DNA of 64,000 nucleotides from Escherichia coli (GTDB lineage Bacteria; Pseudomonadota; Gammaproteobacteria; Enterobacterales; Enterobacteriaceae): NCBI RefSeq assembly GCF_003991155.1, contig NZ_CP031293.1; one strand, 5' to 3'. Shown piece by piece: positions 61,134 to 64,000 of this stretch (position 1 is its first letter; each line of letters starts with the position of its first letter). The notes under the pieces were generated by a model. It saw only the letters and a program-made list of their open reading frames with translations, ran no database searches and was not told where the DNA came from. The position numbers and the translations under genes were made by a program.

Positions 61134-61166
61134 CAGGCGGAGCACGGAGGCTCCGCCTGATTTACT
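61134..61166 (+). terminator. speD terminator hairpin (between convergent speD and yacL)
   Basis: TCAGGCGGAGC-6nt-GCTCCGCCTGA hairpin followed by TTTACTT. Confidence 0.5.
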
Positions 61167-61528
61167 TACTTCTGCTGCACGAAATTACGGTAAGCCGCCA
61201 CCACCTGAAGAAAATCCTCAACGCCGCACAGCGACAAGCTCTCTTCATCGTAGTAGTTCATCCCCTCTTCCATTTCATCGCCAGCGAATTCCAGTTGATT
61301 GGCGCGAACCATCACCTCTTCACCGTCCATCCACAGAGTGTATTCATGCCCTGCCCGTTGCCAGGATCGTTCGCTACCTTTCAATGCGTGCGCCGCTTGT
61401 TCCACTTCATCAAGCAAGGCCAGGTTTTCTTTCACCTCTTCATTAAACCAGTGCCCGACCACTTCATGCCCCATGGACATACGCACCTTTACCACTCCGG
61501 TAATATCGCGCAGAAATTCGTAATCCAT
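61166..61528 (-). CDS. yacL: UPF0231 protein YacL
   Basis: Start at [31 protein letters not shown]... (120 aa). Confidence 0.85.
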
Positions 61529-61633
61529 AGTGTGTTCCTCTGCTCCCGGCAATGCGCCGAAATCGCATTGCGCCATTGATGTAATTATCGCAGCCTTACC
61601 GGAGAAAAACAGCGGAACGGCGATGGTTTAGAA

Positions 61634-61670
61634 ATAAAAAAATGCCCGGGAATCTCATTCACCGGGCATT
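61634..61670 (-). terminator. acnB intrinsic terminator
   Basis: Minus-strand AATGCCCGG-12nt-CCGGGCATT hairpin followed by T7, about 35 bp downstream of the acnB stop. Confidence 0.6.
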
Positions 61671-61703
61671 GTGTCGTTTATGCGCAGCGCATGCGCTTAC
61701 TTA

Positions 61704-64000
61704 TTAAACCGCAGTCTGGAAAATCACCCCGTCCGCTTTTTCGGTGTACTGAGAAAGCTGGTTGAAGTTCAGATAACGGTAAGTATCAACGGCAGTTTTA
61801 TCCACCTGCGCCACGTAGGTCTGGTACTCTTCCGGCGTCGGCAGTTTGCCAATCAGCGCCGCAACAGCAGCCAGTTCAGCAGAAGCCAGGAAGACATTCG
61901 CGCCAGTCCCCAGACGGTTCGGGAAGTTACGGGTAGAGGTGGAAACCACCGTCGCACCGTCTGCTACACGCGCCTGGTTACCCATACACAGGGAACAGCC
62001 AGGGATCTCGATACGCGCACCACTCTTACCGAAGACGCTGTAGTAGCCTTCTTCGGTCAGTTGCGCAGCGTCCATACGCGTTGGCGGTGCCACCCACAGG
62101 CGGGTCGGCAGTTGACCTTTGTGCGCATCCAGCAGTTTACCCGCAGCACGGAAGTGACCGATGTTAGTCATGCAAGAACCGATAAACACTTCGTCGATCT
62201 TCTCGCCCTGTACCGCAGACAGCGGACGAGCGTCGTCCGGGTCGTTCGGTGCACACAGGATTGGCTCTTTAATATCCGCCAGATCGATGTCGATCACTGC
62301 CGCGTATTCCGCATCTGCATCGGCTTCCAGCAGCTCAGGATTCGCCAGCCATTTTTCCATGCCCTGAATACGACGTTCCAGGGTACGACGATCGCCGTAA
62401 CCTTCCGCGATCATCCACTTCAGCAGGACGATGTTAGAGTTCAGGTATTCGATGATCGGTTCTTTGTTCAGCTTGATGGTACAACCGGCAGCAGAACGCT
62501 CGGCGGACGCATCGGTCAGCTCAAAGGCCTGCTCAACTTTCAGATCCGGCAGACCTTCAATTTCCAGAATGCGACCAGAGAAGATGTTTTTCTTGCCTTT
62601 CTTCTCAACGGTCAGCAGACCTTGTTTGATTGCATACAGCGGAATGGCGTGAACCAGGTCGCGCAGGGTGATGCCCGGCTGCATTTTGCCTTTGAAGCGC
62701 ACCAGAACGGATTCCGGCATATCCAGCGGCATTACGCCTGTTGCGGCTGCAAATGCCACCAGACCAGAACCCGCCGGGAAAGAGATACCGATCGGGAAAC
62801 GGGTATGGGAGTCACCGCCAGTACCGACGGTATCCGGCAGCAGCATACGGTTCAGCCAGGAGTGGATTACGCCGTCACCCGGACGCAGCGACACACCGCC
62901 ACGGTTCATAATGAAGTCCGGCAGCGTGTGGTGCGTGTTCACGTCAACTGGCTTCGGATACGCCGCGGTGTGGCAGAAAGACTGCATCACCAGGTCAGCC
63001 GAGAAGCCCAGGCACGCCAGGTCTTTCAGTTCATCACGGGTCATCGGGCCAGTGGTGTCCTGAGAACCAACAGAAGTCATTTTCGGTTCGCAGTACGCGC
63101 CCGGACGAATGCCTTTCACACCGCAGGCACGACCGACCATTTTCTGCGCCAGCGAGAAGCCGCGATCGCTCTCAGCGACATCTTTCGCCTGACGGAACAC
63201 ATCGCTGTGCGGCAGACCAAGTGCTTCACGCGCTTTGGTGGTCAGGCCACGCCCGATAATCAGCGGAATACGACCACCGGCACGCACTTCATCAATCAGC
63301 ACGTCGGTTTTCAGTTCGAAGGTCGCCAGCAGTTCGCCGGTTTCGTGGTTACGCACTTCACCTTTGTACGGGTAAACGTCAATTACGTCACCCATGTTCA
63401 GGTTAGAGACGTCCACTTCGATTGGCAGTGCACCCGCGTCTTCCATCGTGTTAAAGAAGATGGGTGCAATTTTACCGCCGAGACACAAACCACCGCCGCG
63501 TTTGTTCGGTACATGAGGAATATCTTCACCCATAAACCACAGAACGGAGTTAGTGGCGGATTTACGCGATGACCCCGTGCCCACAACGTCACCGACGTAC
63601 GCCAGCGGGAAACCTTTCTGCTGCAGAGCTTCAATCTGTTTGATCGGGCCAACAACACCAGGCTGATCTGGCTCAATACCTTCACGGGCGTTTTTCAGCA
63701 TCGCCAGCGCGTGCAGTGGGATATCCGGGCGCGACCACGCATCTGGTGCCGGAGAGAGGTCATCGGTGTTGGTTTCGCCAGTGACTTTGAAGACGGTAAC
63801 GGTCAGTTTTTCAGCCAGCGCCGGGCGATTCAGGAACCATTCGGCATCCGCCCAGGACTGCATTACCTGCTTCGCATATTCGTTGCCTGCTTTGGCTTTC
63901 TCTTCTACGTCATAGAAGTTATCGAACATCAGCAGTGTGTGAGAAAGTGCTTTGGCAGCGATCGGTGCCAGTTTGGCATCATCCAGCGCGTCGATCAGCG
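61704..64000 (-). CDS. acnB: Aconitate hydratase B, C-terminal ~765 aa (N-terminus beyond window end)
   Basis: Continuous reverse-strand frame to the window edge; ...[32 protein letters not shown]... and aconitase Fe-S cysteine motifs recognised. Confidence 0.95.
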   Translation of the reverse strand, partial: LIDALDDAKLAPIAAKALSHTLLMFDNFYDVEEKAKAGNEYAKQVMQSWADAEWFLNRPALAEKLTVTVFKVTGETNTDDLSPAPDAWSRPDIPLHALAMLKNAREGIEPDQPGVVGPIKQIEALQQKGFPLAYVGDVVGTGSSRKSATNSVLWFMGEDIPHVPNKRGGGLCLGGKIAPIFFNTMEDAGALPIEVDVSNLNMGDVIDVYPYKGEVRNHETGELLATFELKTDVLIDEVRAGGRIPLIIGRGLTTKAREALGLPHSDVFRQAKDVAESDRGFSLAQKMVGRACGVKGIRPGAYCEPKMTSVGSQDTTGPMTRDELKDLACLGFSADLVMQSFCHTAAYPKPVDVNTHHTLPDFIMNRGGVSLRPGDGVIHSWLNRMLLPDTVGTGGDSHTRFPIGISFPAGSGLVAFAAATGVMPLDMPESVLVRFKGKMQPGITLRDLVHAIPLYAIKQGLLTVEKKGKKNIFSGRILEIEGLPDLKVEQAFELTDASAERSAAGCTIKLNKEPIIEYLNSNIVLLKWMIAEGYGDRRTLERRIQGMEKWLANPELLEADADAEYAAVIDIDLADIKEPILCAPNDPDDARPLSAVQGEKIDEVFIGSCMTNIGHFRAAGKLLDAHKGQLPTRLWVAPPTRMDAAQLTEEGYYSVFGKSGARIEIPGCSLCMGNQARVADGATVVSTSTRNFPNRLGTGANVFLASAELAAVAALIGKLPTPEEYQTYVAQVDKTAVDTYRYLNFNQLSQYTEKADGVIFQTAV

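Noticed and set aside
61671..63572. 633-aa ORF on the plus strand
   Set aside because: Lies entirely antisense to acnB, is rich in Arg/Thr/Val and has no recognisable domain; typical long antisense ORF of a highly expressed, codon-biased gene.

Overview
This window is an Escherichia coli chromosomal segment, collinear with (and inverted relative to) the K-12 interval from cdsA/ispU through acnB. All calls rest on reading the supplied six-frame translations and the DNA by eye; no database search was run, and gene names come from recognising the proteins and matching their lengths to recalled K-12 products. Most of the window is ordinary core genome: ispU-dxr-frr-pyrH-tsf-rpsB, map-glnD-dapD, degP, dgt, fhuACDB, mrcB, hrpB, dksA, pcnB-folK, panBCD, can, hpt, gcd, cueO, speED and acnB. 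I did not find a convincing new multi-gene system. The accessory signals worth a second look are: (1) a 1070-bp IS30-family insertion sequence, consistent with ISApl1, cleanly interrupting the ABC ATPase gene yadG with a 2-bp target duplication; (2) the rpnC (yadD) locus, which carries 12-bp tandem repeats in its tail and an extra stand-alone tail-paralog small ORF, arranged like a cassette; (3) the AT-rich yad chaperone-usher fimbrial island, with yadK frameshifted by an exact 8-bp tandem duplication and a 15-bp-arm palindrome in the yadN promoter region; (4) apparent absence of yaeI between dapD and yaeH compared with my recollection of K-12.
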